Position numbers and translations under genes: made by a program
The notes under the pieces: generated by a model
What the model saw: the letters and a program-made list of their open reading frames with translations, nothing else
Database searches by the model: none
Told to the model about the DNA's origin: nothing
NCBI GenBank assembly: GCA_964472495.1
Contig: CAYYLD010000003.1
Coordinates: 1-57,904 of the forward strand
Direction of reading: 5' to 3'
Source: an uncultured Candidatus Saccharibacteria bacterium
GTDB taxonomy: Bacteria > Patescibacteriota > Minisyncoccia > Portnoybacterales > UBA2143
DNA length: 57,904 nt
In this document: positions 1 to 8,954 of the stretch, piece by piece
Layout of the letters: every line of letters starts with the position of its first letter
How positions within the stretch are numbered: the stretch's first letter is position 1

Positions 1-73
1 GCGCCCGTAGCTCAATGGATAGAGCGCCACGCTTCGGACGTGGAAGTTGCGTGTTCGAATCATGCCGGGCGCG
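1..73 (+). tRNA. tRNA-Arg (anticodon TCG)
   Basis: Cloverleaf: acceptor GCGCCCG/CGGGCGC, anticodon arm CCACG-CTTCGGA-CGTGG, T-loop TTCGAAT; no encoded CCA. Confidence 0.93.
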
Positions 74-77
74 CCCG

Positions 78-151
78 GCGCCGTTAGCTCAGCCAGGTAG
101 AGCAGTTGGCTCTTAACCAATTGGTCGGGGGTTCGATTCCCTCACGGCGCA
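78..151 (+). tRNA. tRNA-Lys (anticodon CTT)
   Basis: Acceptor GCGCCGT/ACGGCGC, anticodon arm GTTGG-CTCTTAA-CCAAT, T-loop TTCGATT. Confidence 0.93.
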
Positions 152-196
152 CCCAAGGTGGCTCAGTGCTTGGACGCAGAGAAGGTCCGGACTTGA

Positions 197-228
197 CAAG
201 ATAACCCAATAGGGTTATCTTGCTTTTT
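197..228 (+). terminator. Intrinsic terminator after the tRNA pair
   Basis: Perfect 11-bp stem CAAGATAACCC/GGGTTATCTTG followed by CTTTTT. Confidence 0.75.
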
Positions 229-340
229 AGCTGTTTGAAAATTGAATAAAGAGGCTTAAACTCGAGAATCTATATTTTTAGGAAATGTCAGTTTATAAAA
301 TTAGACCCAAAACAAGTATAGACAAGAAAGGATAAAGATT

Positions 341-748
341 ATGGAATTAAACCGCAAAAAAAATATTTTGGTATTCATTTTTCTTTTTCTCCTGATTTTT
401 ACGACATCTCTACTTGGTTGCCATAAACAACAAGCAAATAAACAAGTAGACGGTTTGGAAATTCAATCAACTGGAGAAGAGAGAAATTATACAGCTGAAC
501 AGGTTCTGGTAAAATTTCAGGAAGAGGCCAGTAAACAAGCTATAAGTAATATCCAGGGAACCTTGAAGCTAAAGACGATAAGAGTAATTTCTCAGCCCAA
601 AAACCTTTATTTAATGGAAATTCTGACTGGAGATTCAGTGGAAGAAGTGATAGAACAATTACAAAAATGTCCAGAAGTACTCCAGGCAGAGCTAAACTAT
701 ATTGTCAATATTAACCAGAAAGAAAGGAGGTTAGACGAACAAGATTGA
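341..748 (+). CDS. Putative lipoprotein consisting of a stand-alone subtilase-propeptide-like domain
   Basis: Basic N-terminus, hydrophobic stretch and lipobox LLGC; YTAEQVLVKF...SVEE...PEVLQAELNY parallels the prodomain of the adjacent protease (YKAGQVLVKY...SVEE...PNVVYAEPNY). Confidence 0.7.
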   Translation: MELNRKKNILVFIFLFLLIFTTSLLGCHKQQANKQVDGLEIQSTGEERNYTAEQVLVKFQEEASKQAISNIQGTLKLKTIRVISQPKNLYLMEILTGDSVEEVIEQLQKCPEVLQAELNYIVNINQKERRLDEQD

Positions 749-898
749 TTACTGCTTGATGAGACCGTGAGACCGTTCTAAATGGGCTAACCCGGCTTCT
801 GACTGGTATCAGCTTTTGTTGGGTGCCTGAACAAGTTGTTTGGTAAGTAACTTAACTGTTATTTAAAGTAAGTTCAGATGACTGAGAAAGGAGACGAG

Positions 899-3082
899 AT
901 GAAAAAGATAAAGATTTTTGTTGGCGTGTTTCTGGTCGTAGCCCTTATCTTCATAGGGGTACCTACCTTTGCGGGGACAACCGATGGCCAGATTGAATTT
1001 GGTGACCAGGTTGTCAGTCCGGATTACAAGGCCGGCCAGGTGTTGGTTAAATACCGGGCTCCAGTTCGGGCCGCGGCGACCAGATATTTTCGTGAAGAAT
1101 ATGCTATTAATACCATTAAGACCCTTAAAAGTGGAATCCAATTGGTCAAGCTACCTCCTGAACTAAGCGTGGAAGAGGCCCTGGTAGTTTATGACAGGAG
1201 TCCAAATGTAGTCTATGCCGAGCCGAATTATCGTTATTTTGCAGAGGTCATCCCTAATGATCCTGGTTTTCCCAAGTTATGGGGACTGCATAACACTGGC
1301 CAGAAAGTAAACGGGACGACTGGCGCGGCCGATGCCGATATGGACCTTCCTGAGGCCTGGGGTATATGTTCTCAATGTACTGGCAGTCAGACAGTCATCG
1401 GCGCTGTTTTAGATACGGGGATTGATTATAACCATCCTGATTTATCAGGGAATATCTGGATTAACCCGGGAGAAATACCTGGCAATGGCCTTGATGATGA
1501 TAATAACGGATATATTGACGATGTTCGGGGGTGGGATTTTGTTGACACTGATAATGACTCCATGGATTACATGGGGCACGGTACTCACGTGGCCGGCACA
1601 GCGGCCGCAGAAGGAAATAATGCTTATGGTTTAAGCGGAGTTTGCTGGAAGGCCAAAATTATTCCTCTTAGAGTATTGGATGCTAGTGGCAGCGGATATA
1701 CTTCGGATATTATTGAAGCGGTTGAATACGCTAATGCTCTTCAGGTTCAGCTGACAGCTATGAATATGAGTTTTGGCGGCGGTGGCTTTAGTCAGTTTCT
1801 TAAAGAGGCCATTGAGGCCTCTTCGGCGGTAGTGGTGTGCTCAGCTGGAAATTCTGCTGATGACAATGACACTATTCCTCATTACCCGTCCAGTTATAAT
1901 TGCCCTAATATCATAGCTGTGGCCGCTACAGACCAAGACGATGAGCTGGCTGCATTCTCAGATTACGGAACGGTCAGCGTGGACCTGGCTGGACCAGGAG
2001 TGAATATTTACAGCGCTATTCCGTCGAGAGCTGTCATCTGGAGTGACGATTTTGATGATGGGAATATGTCCGGCTGGACCACAGGCGGCACTAACAATAC
2101 CTGGGGAATTACTAGTAGCGAATTTTACAGCCCTGCCTATTCGCTTACAGACAGTCCGGTTGGGAATTATCAGAACAATACTAATTCCTGGGCCAGAATT
2201 GGTCCCCTTGACTTTTCTACAGATACTGGTATAAAAGTTAGATTTCAGATCAAGGGAATATGCGAGTATCATTGGGATAAATTGTACATTGAGGCCTCTG
2301 ATGATTTGTTAAATTGGTCTGGAGTATGGCTCACCGGTTCGTCCGCTGGAATGTGGCTTCATATAGATGTAGACTCTACAGATTTTGACGGTGAGTCCGC
2401 CGTCTATTTCAGATTCCGCTTGTCCACTAATTCCTCTATTACCGAAGATGGCTTCTACATTGATGATGTGGCGCTCACCGCCCATTCAGACATTTTTGAT
2501 GGCGATGAATACGCTTTCAATAGCGGTACGTCAATGGCGACCCCACACTTGTTGGGTCTTTGCTTACTGACTCGAGCGTTTGATCCAGATTTAAGCAACC
2601 TGGAGATAAAGGAAGCCATAGAAGGTAATGTGGATGTTATACCGTCTTTAGCCGGCAAGGTGGCTACTAACGGAAGAGCCAATGCTTTTAAGACTATTCT
2701 TTCTTTAGTGAAGGCGCCTATTGCAACTACGGGTGACGCTACTTCAGTGACTGCCAACTCGGCTGTTCTTAATGGTACGGTCAACCCCAATAACAGCAAA
2801 GTGGAGGCCGCTTATTACTTTGAATATGGTCTGACTACCGGTTATAGTTCAAGTACAGCTGAAGCAGAGATTGGCTCAGGGACGAATGGAGTGGCAGTCA
2901 GCGCTAATCTTGCCGGACTGAATCCAGGGACGACCTATCATTTCCGACTGGTCGCCAGAAATGACAAAGGAGCAAGCTATGGTCATGACCAAAGCTTGAC
3001 CACTCTGCCTTCTTCGGTTGGAGGCGGAGGCGGAGGCGGAGGCGGAGGCGGATGCTTTATTAACACGGCATCTGACAGATAA
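899..3082 (+). CDS. Secreted S8 (subtilisin-family) serine protease with prodomain, inserted beta-rich domain, FN3-like domain and poly-Gly/GCFI tail
   Basis: Catalytic motifs VLDTG, HGTHVAG, SAGN and GTSMATPH; signal peptide; start moved to ATG 899 behind an AAAGGAG Shine-Dalgarno. Confidence 0.92.
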   Translation: MKKIKIFVGVFLVVALIFIGVPTFAGTTDGQIEFGDQVVSPDYKAGQVLVKYRAPVRAAATRYFREEYAINTIKTLKSGIQLVKLPPELSVEEALVVYDRSPNVVYAEPNYRYFAEVIPNDPGFPKLWGLHNTGQKVNGTTGAADADMDLPEAWGICSQCTGSQTVIGAVLDTGIDYNHPDLSGNIWINPGEIPGNGLDDDNNGYIDDVRGWDFVDTDNDSMDYMGHGTHVAGTAAAEGNNAYGLSGVCWKAKIIPLRVLDASGSGYTSDIIEAVEYANALQVQLTAMNMSFGGGGFSQFLKEAIEASSAVVVCSAGNSADDNDTIPHYPSSYNCPNIIAVAATDQDDELAAFSDYGTVSVDLAGPGVNIYSAIPSRAVIWSDDFDDGNMSGWTTGGTNNTWGITSSEFYSPAYSLTDSPVGNYQNNTNSWARIGPLDFSTDTGIKVRFQIKGICEYHWDKLYIEASDDLLNWSGVWLTGSSAGMWLHIDVDSTDFDGESAVYFRFRLSTNSSITEDGFYIDDVALTAHSDIFDGDEYAFNSGTSMATPHLLGLCLLTRAFDPDLSNLEIKEAIEGNVDVIPSLAGKVATNGRANAFKTILSLVKAPIATTGDATSVTANSAVLNGTVNPNNSKVEAAYYFEYGLTTGYSSSTAEAEIGSGTNGVAVSANLAGLNPGTTYHFRLVARNDKGASYGHDQSLTTLPSSVGGGGGGGGGGGCFINTASDR

Positions 3083-3184
3083 ATGAGTTGCTTTGGTGGC
3101 TTTGCTTTTTCTGCGGTGGGCTTAATTGGCTTAAAGTCAGGATTTACCTGCCCGATGTTGCTTCTTCAAAAAATGTGAGGAAGG

Positions 3185-3218
3185 ACCGCCCGGTCAAAAT
3201 TAACTGGACGGTTTTTTT
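3185..3218 (+). terminator. Intrinsic terminator after the protease
   Basis: Imperfect stem ACCGCCCGG/CTGGACGGT plus T7. Confidence 0.55.
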
Positions 3219-3297
3219 CTTTTTCTTTTTTCTGTTTTCTGTGATTTTTGTTTTCCCCAGTTGCCTTTTTTTATTTTTCTTGTTAGAATAAATTTAA

Positions 3298-3324
3298 AGA
3301 TTCTTCACTTCGTTCAGAATGACA
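3298..3324. repeat. Half of a REP-like element (AGATTCTTCACTTCGTTCAGAATGACA)
   Basis: Resembles, from recall, the GATTCTTCGCTTCGCTCAGAATGAC arm of a widespread REP-like repeat; partner arm not visible. Confidence 0.4.
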
Positions 3325-3329
3325 ATAAT

Positions 3330-3596
3330 ATGCTAAACCCAACTAAAAAATCCAAGGTGATTAAAGAGTATAAAACCCACGATAAAGATACTGGCTCGGC
3401 CGAAGTCCAGATTGCTATTTTCACCAAGCAGATTGAGGAATTAGCTAAACATCTTAAAAAACATCCCAAGGACAATCATTCCCGCCGGGGTCTTTTAAAA
3501 ATGGTTTCCAAACGAAAGCGGCTGTTGGATTATTTAAAGGAAGAAGACGAGAAGCGCTATAAGAAGATAGTTAAAAAATTGGGATTAAAAAAATGA
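3330..3596 (+). CDS. rpsO: 30S ribosomal protein S15
   Basis: [25 protein letters not shown]; start at ATG 3330. Confidence 0.97.
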   Translation: MLNPTKKSKVIKEYKTHDKDTGSAEVQIAIFTKQIEELAKHLKKHPKDNHSRRGLLKMVSKRKRLLDYLKEEDEKRYKKIVKKLGLKK

Positions 3597-4099
3597 GTAT
3601 TATCAAACATAAAGAACAACGGGTAGCCGTTTTGATTGACGCGCAAAACATGTATCATTCAGCCAAGAATCTTTACAGGGCCAGGGTGAATTTTAAAGAG
3701 ATTTTGAATACGGCTGTCTCCGGCCGAAAACTGGTTCGGGCCATTGCTTATGTCATTAAGACCGAAAGCGGCGAAGAAAAGAGTTTTTTTGAGGCGTTGA
3801 CCAAATCCAGCATTGAGACAAGAGTTAAAGACCTTCAAATATTTTACGGCGGTTTGAAAAAAGCTGACTGGGACGTTGGCCTGACCGTTGACGCGGTCAA
3901 GTTGTCTGCTCAATTGGATGCCATTGTTCTGGTAACCGGTGACGGAGATTTTTTGCCTTTGGTTGAATACCTGAAAGGACAGGGCCGCCAGGTAGAAGTA
4001 ATTGCTTTTTCTAAAAGCGCTTCGGCCAAGCTAACCGAAGCGGCTGACGATTTTATTGATTTAAGCGAAAATAAAGATAAGTATTTGTTGAAAAAATAA
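3593..4099 (+). CDS. NYN-domain (LabA/DUF88) PIN-like protein
   Basis: [14 protein letters not shown] and GDGDF motifs; ATGA overlap with rpsO stop region. Confidence 0.9.
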   Translation: MSIIKHKEQRVAVLIDAQNMYHSAKNLYRARVNFKEILNTAVSGRKLVRAIAYVIKTESGEEKSFFEALTKSSIETRVKDLQIFYGGLKKADWDVGLTVDAVKLSAQLDAIVLVTGDGDFLPLVEYLKGQGRQVEVIAFSKSASAKLTEAADDFIDLSENKDKYLLKK

Positions 4100-4107
4100 T
4101 TAATTAG

Positions 4108-4225
4108 GCGCTCTTTAGTTGGTTTTGGTCTCGTTTTTTTCGTTTAGGTTTTTATCCGAATTGTCAATTGATAATTTGGACAGAAACCTGCACGAAAGCC
4201 GATATCAATATTGGCTGGAGGGCGC
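4108..4225 (+). promoter_or_regulatory. Long irregular RNA hairpin in the pnp 5' leader
   Basis: Nested complementarity with many G-U pairs (GCGCTCTTTAGTTGGT/ATTGGCTGGAGGGCGC; TTTCGT/ACGAAA; AGGTTT/AAACCT; TCCGAATT/AATTTGGA); the stem includes the GGAGG SD. Confidence 0.65.
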
Positions 4226-4233
4226 TCGAACTT

Positions 4234-6342
4234 ATGAGTTCCAAACAATTTAAGATTGATTGGGCCGGCCGGGAATTAAAGGTAGAAATCGGCCATTTGG
4301 CTCAACAGGCCAATGGGGCGGTTTTACTTTCTTACGGCCAGACAACCGTTTTGGCCACGGCGGTCATGGACGAGAAGCCCCGCCAGGTTGATTATCTGCC
4401 TCTAACGGTTGATTACGAGGAAAAACTTTACGCGGCTGGCAAGATTAAAAGCGGCCGTTTTCTCAAAAGAGAAGGCCGGGCTTCCGACGAGGCCGTTTTG
4501 ACCGGCCGAATGGTTGACCGGGTTATCCGACCTAACTTTAATCAGAAAATTAGAAACGACCTTCAGGTTATTTTGACGGTTCTTTCATTTGATAAAGAGA
4601 ACGACCCGGATGTTCCGGCTTTGTTGGCCGCTTCTTTGGCTTTGGGCGTTTCTAATATCCCCTGGGACGGGCCGATAGCCGGTCTGCGGATAGGTCGGAC
4701 TACTGAGAATAAAGAAGAATGGCTTTTAAATCCGACTTATCAAGGCCGGGAGAAAAGCGATTTTGATTTGGTTATTGCCGGCAAAAAAGATAAGATTAAC
4801 ATGTTGGAAGGAGGGGCTAATCAGCTGCCCGAAGAAGTTTTGCTGTCAGCTATTGAATTTGCTCAGCCGCATCTTAAAGAAATTATTCAGTGGCAGAAAA
4901 AAATCATTGAAGGGGTTAATCCGGCCAAAGCCGTTTTAGCGACGGCCGAAGCGCCGGCTGAATTAGTTAAAAAAGTTAAGGAGAAAATAGGCGATCGCTT
5001 GGAAAAAGCTCTTTATCAGCCGGGCAAGTCAGAACGATTGGAAGGACTGGGCGTTATCAAAAAAGAGTTAATTGAAGGTTTGGCTCCGGAATCAGAGGAG
5101 GAAACCAATCAAATTGAAGAAATTTTTGAGGAAGAAATTAACCGGATTGTCCATCAGAATATTTTGAAAGCCGCTTCTGGTCAGGAGAAAAGACCTGATG
5201 GCCGTAAGTTAGACGAAGTCCGCTCAATTAAAACACAGGTTGGTCTTTTGGCTCGGACCCACGGCTCAGGTTTATTTGAACGAGGCGAGACCCAAGCTCT
5301 TTCGATAGTCACCTTAGGAGCGCCCGGCGATGAACAGACTATTGAAGGTATGGAAGTTGAGGAGAAAAAGGGTTTTTTCCACCATTACAATTTCCCGCCT
5401 TATTGCACTGGCGAGACCGGCCGCTTAGGCGGCCCGGGCCGTCGGGAAATCGGTCACGGTGCTTTGGCTGAGAGAGCCCTCTTGTCTTTGATTCCTTCCA
5501 AGGAAGAATTCCCCTATACTATTCGCTTGGTTTCAGAAATTCTTTCTTCCAATGGTTCTTCCTCAATGGCTTCGGTCAGCGGTTCTAGTTTAGCCCTGAT
5601 GGATGCCGGCGTGCCCATTAAAAACCACATCAGCGGTATCGCTATGGGCTTAATGATGGAATCGGTTGATAACTATCGTATCTTGACCGATATTCAGGGA
5701 CCGGAAGACCATCATGGCGATATGGACTGCAAGATTGCCGGAACTGAACTGGGGGTGACGGCTTGCCAAATGGATGTTAAAATAGAAGGAGTTACTTTAG
5801 AGATTCTTAAAAAAGTTTTTGCCCAGGCCAAAGAAGCCCGTTTGCACATTCTGAAGGAAATGACTAAGACGATTAGTCAGCCAAAAGAAGATCTTTCGCC
5901 TTTGGCGCCGCGCATCCTTACTCTTAGAATTAATCCGGAAAGAATTAGGGATGTTATCGGACCGGGCGGCAAAGTGATTAACGAAATAACCGGAGAGACC
6001 GGAGTTAAAATTGACATTGAAGACGATGGTTTGGTCAATATTACTTCAACTGACGAAGCGGCTGGTCAAAAAGCCCTGGAATGGGTTAAGAATTTGACTC
6101 GCGAAGTCAAAGTCGGTGAGATTTTTCAAGGCCGGGTGACTAAAATTACTGATTTTGGCGCTTTCGTTGAGATTCTGCCTGGTCAGGAAGGCCTGCTCCA
6201 TATCTCTGAACTGGCTCCTTACCGGGTTCGCCGGGTTGAAGACATCGTTAGAACCGGCCAAATGATTCCGGTCAAAGTAAAAAAGATTGATGAGCAGGGC
6301 CGGATTGGTCTATCAATGAATAAAATTAAAAAGGATAAATAA
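4234..6342 (+). CDS. pnp: Polyribonucleotide nucleotidyltransferase (PNPase)
   Basis: Two RNase PH domains (RREIGHGALAE, SNGSSSMAS, GDMDCK) plus KH and S1 domains; start at ATG 4234. Confidence 0.97.
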   Translation: MSSKQFKIDWAGRELKVEIGHLAQQANGAVLLSYGQTTVLATAVMDEKPRQVDYLPLTVDYEEKLYAAGKIKSGRFLKREGRASDEAVLTGRMVDRVIRPNFNQKIRNDLQVILTVLSFDKENDPDVPALLAASLALGVSNIPWDGPIAGLRIGRTTENKEEWLLNPTYQGREKSDFDLVIAGKKDKINMLEGGANQLPEEVLLSAIEFAQPHLKEIIQWQKKIIEGVNPAKAVLATAEAPAELVKKVKEKIGDRLEKALYQPGKSERLEGLGVIKKELIEGLAPESEEETNQIEEIFEEEINRIVHQNILKAASGQEKRPDGRKLDEVRSIKTQVGLLARTHGSGLFERGETQALSIVTLGAPGDEQTIEGMEVEEKKGFFHHYNFPPYCTGETGRLGGPGRREIGHGALAERALLSLIPSKEEFPYTIRLVSEILSSNGSSSMASVSGSSLALMDAGVPIKNHISGIAMGLMMESVDNYRILTDIQGPEDHHGDMDCKIAGTELGVTACQMDVKIEGVTLEILKKVFAQAKEARLHILKEMTKTISQPKEDLSPLAPRILTLRINPERIRDVIGPGGKVINEITGETGVKIDIEDDGLVNITSTDEAAGQKALEWVKNLTREVKVGEIFQGRVTKITDFGAFVEILPGQEGLLHISELAPYRVRRVEDIVRTGQMIPVKVKKIDEQGRIGLSMNKIKKDK

Positions 6343-6350
6343 TTTTATCT

Positions 6351-8615
6351 GTGGATATCATTAAAGAGCCAATAAAATCAGATAAAGAGAAAAAACCACT
6401 TGAACCGGCCGATGTTTTAAGTTCGGATAAAAGATCTTTTATTCGGACCATGGAGAAAGACTTAGCTGTCTTAAAGAAAAAGGGCCCGGCCGAGCCAGGT
6501 CGGCCAGTAGCTGGGTTAATTAGAGGAGGACCGCCTAAAAAGGTGGTTCCGCCGAGTCCGGCTGAACCATTTAAGAGAGCAGTCCCGCCAGCCGGTTTGC
6601 CTGTGTTTGAACCCGCTAAAAGGCCAGAGATACCTTCACCGCCGCCGGCCCCTCGGCCAACTTTGCCGGTCGCGCCGCCTCAACCAGCCGAAGGATTAAG
6701 AAAAGAGGAAGAGATTAAAAAGAGGATTGAGGAAACGCGAGAAAGGATTGAAGAGGCCAGAAGAAAAGCGGTGGCCCGGGAAAAAGCGGAAAAAGAGAGA
6801 AAACCAGAGGGGGTCGGAAAGGAGATAGAGAAGTTCCGGAAACCCAAAATAGTCAAAAAGAAAAAACCTCTTTTAAGATTCGTTTTCATTAGTTTAGCTG
6901 TCGTCGTGGTTATCGGTGGTCTCGGCGGGTTTATTTACTGGTGGAATTATCTGCGGGTAGTCACGCCGGTTTTCCATTACGAATGTCAGGATAATTTATG
7001 TCTACAGGTAGAAGGAGAAGAGGAGGACCAGTGTCAGATTGACGCTGATTGTCAGCCAACCGAGCCAACTATGCCGGCCTCGCTAATTCCGGTAGCGGAA
7101 ACCAAGGCCATTGAATTAGCTATTGGGCAGGAGGATTTACTGGTCGATGTATTGAAAACAGCAGCCAGCCAAGCACAGGCGGCCAATACTTTCAAACAAG
7201 TTTTGGTCAAATTAGTCAGTCAGACAGAAAAGAAATACGCTGATTTGAATACTTTGTTAACTGCTTTGGGAGTTAGTTTGCCTGATAATGTTCTGGCGGC
7301 CGCGGCAGCTAGCCAGGTGGAGGGCGATAATTATACTTTGTTTTTATATAATCAAACGGCCGGCAATCGCTTAGGTCTGATTATTGAAATGGCTCAAAGC
7401 GAAACTTTGGTGGCTGACCTGAAAAATTGGGAAGCGACCATGGTTGGAGACCTTAAGCCGCTTTTCCTGGAAGACGAAGTACCGGCCGCTTTTACCGAGG
7501 GATTTCAGGATAATATTTATCATGATGTAGCCATTCGTTATCTTAATTTCCCTGACCCGGGTTTGAGCATTGATTACGGCATTGTCGCCGGCCAGTTAAT
7601 TCTGGCCACCTCCCGGGAAAGTATGTATGCGGCTATCGAAGCCCTATTGGCGGCGGAAATAGATATTTCTGATTGGCAAACTTATCATAATGAAGAATAT
7701 GGATTTGAGATAAAATATCCGGAAAATTTTATTGTCCAGGAAGATTGCGGCATAATAGATTGTGAAGGAGTTAGTTTTTGGGATGAAGATTTTTTATCTT
7801 CCCGTGATACTTCGCTCAATAAAATAGTTACTTTTAATGTTTTTGTCACAGCTAGCATTCAAGATGCTGAAAAATATATCGGAGGACATTATAGTTCGCC
7901 AGCCGGGCCAGGGGCTAAGACCTACGAATTTTTAAATCCAGAAATGATTACGATAAATCAGAATGAATTTCTGAAGAAATATTATAGAGATATCGTTCCT
8001 TCTGAAGAATATGACGCCTTTAATTTTTCTTCTTGGCACATAGAAAATAAAGGAACTATCTATACGCTGATATACAATAATCAAATAACCATGAATCCCG
8101 AACCTCACGAACAGTTGTTTAACCGGATTCTCTCTACTTTCAAATTTGTCCCAAGCGAGGAAAATTATAGAGCCGAATCTTTTAGTTGTGGAGCTGGTTT
8201 AGAATGTTCTTTTGAAATTGTAGAAGATTCTTCTCTTGGCTCGTTAGCATTAGCAGAATTAACGATATATGACGAGGAGGGGAATGTTTATATAATAAGA
8301 GGATCAGAGGCTTGTTTAAATGGAATTAGCATAACGAAAGACGAAGAGCTTGATATAAATCAAATCTTAAGCAATAACGAAGTAGCACTAGCTGAAAAAT
8401 TTATTAAAATACAGTTTGCTGATACTAGCCCAAAACAAGTAGTTATGGGAGGTAGTATTAAATGTTCTGAAATTCCGTCATATGTCTTTGGCTATTCAAT
8501 AAAGGAGAATGAATTTTTCTTGATACCTTCTTATGCAGAAGACGACGTTATTATATTAGGTCATTTTTTAAGTGGTGAGGATATAAGCTTGCTCCCTGTG
8601 AAAGTAGTCGAATAA
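6351..8615 (+). CDS. Large modular single-pass membrane protein: Pro-rich/charged N-terminus, TM helix, Cys-rich motif, PsbP-like module
   Basis: One TM (FVFISLAVVVVIGGLGGFIYWW); WQTYHNEEYGFEIKYP...ILSTFKF is typical of CPR PsbP-like surface domains. Confidence 0.6.
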   Translation: MDIIKEPIKSDKEKKPLEPADVLSSDKRSFIRTMEKDLAVLKKKGPAEPGRPVAGLIRGGPPKKVVPPSPAEPFKRAVPPAGLPVFEPAKRPEIPSPPPAPRPTLPVAPPQPAEGLRKEEEIKKRIEETRERIEEARRKAVAREKAEKERKPEGVGKEIEKFRKPKIVKKKKPLLRFVFISLAVVVVIGGLGGFIYWWNYLRVVTPVFHYECQDNLCLQVEGEEEDQCQIDADCQPTEPTMPASLIPVAETKAIELAIGQEDLLVDVLKTAASQAQAANTFKQVLVKLVSQTEKKYADLNTLLTALGVSLPDNVLAAAAASQVEGDNYTLFLYNQTAGNRLGLIIEMAQSETLVADLKNWEATMVGDLKPLFLEDEVPAAFTEGFQDNIYHDVAIRYLNFPDPGLSIDYGIVAGQLILATSRESMYAAIEALLAAEIDISDWQTYHNEEYGFEIKYPENFIVQEDCGIIDCEGVSFWDEDFLSSRDTSLNKIVTFNVFVTASIQDAEKYIGGHYSSPAGPGAKTYEFLNPEMITINQNEFLKKYYRDIVPSEEYDAFNFSSWHIENKGTIYTLIYNNQITMNPEPHEQLFNRILSTFKFVPSEENYRAESFSCGAGLECSFEIVEDSSLGSLALAELTIYDEEGNVYIIRGSEACLNGISITKDEELDINQILSNNEVALAEKFIKIQFADTSPKQVVMGGSIKCSEIPSYVFGYSIKENEFFLIPSYAEDDVIILGHFLSGEDISLLPVKVVE

Positions 8616-8618
8616 TTT

Positions 8619-8638
8619 TAATGCCCAAGATTCCGATT
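8619..8638 (+). repeat. 20-bp direct repeat, left copy (TAATGCCCAAGATTCCGATT)
   Basis: Identical to 9559..9578. Confidence 0.9.
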
Positions 8639-8648
8639 TAAGTTAAAA

Positions 8649-8954
8649 ATGAAGCAAATAAAAAAATCAAATAAATTACCAGAGTTTTTACAGCCATTTT
8701 TATGGTCGGTAAAAGTCAATGAGTTGGATTTAAAAAAAGATAAGGTTTATATTATTAACCAGATTTTGGCGTATGGTAATATGGAAACCTTAAGATGGTT
8801 ATTTTCTAACTATTCCGATAATGAGATAAAAATGATTTTCTTAGAGCATTCAACAAGGATATATAGAGAATCTGCTTTTAATTTTGTTAAAAATATTCTT
8901 TTAGACATTAAAAGGCCGCTTAATTCTAACAAATATGTCGCAACTCCACTTTGA
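8649..8954 (+). CDS. DUF6922-like putative antitoxin
   Basis: FLWS...LDLKKDKVYIINQILAYGNMETLRWL pattern; overlaps the downstream nucleotidyltransferase gene. Confidence 0.7.
   Translation: MKQIKKSNKLPEFLQPFLWSVKVNELDLKKDKVYIINQILAYGNMETLRWLFSNYSDNEIKMIFLEHSTRIYRESAFNFVKNILLDIKRPLNSNKYVATPL

Noticed and set aside
152-196. GGTGGCTCAGT stretch after tRNA-Lys resembling a tRNA 5' fragment (att remnant)
   Set aside because: No acceptor pairing, T-arm or match to the adjacent tRNAs.
3020-3052. (GGAGGC)5 run resembling the family A GGCGGA motif
   Set aside because: It is a non-palindromic poly-Gly linker with no TCCGCC arm.
5168-5185. PNPase AASGQ segment as a decayed family A copy
   Set aside because: Only about 9 of 15 bases match and no hairpin remains.
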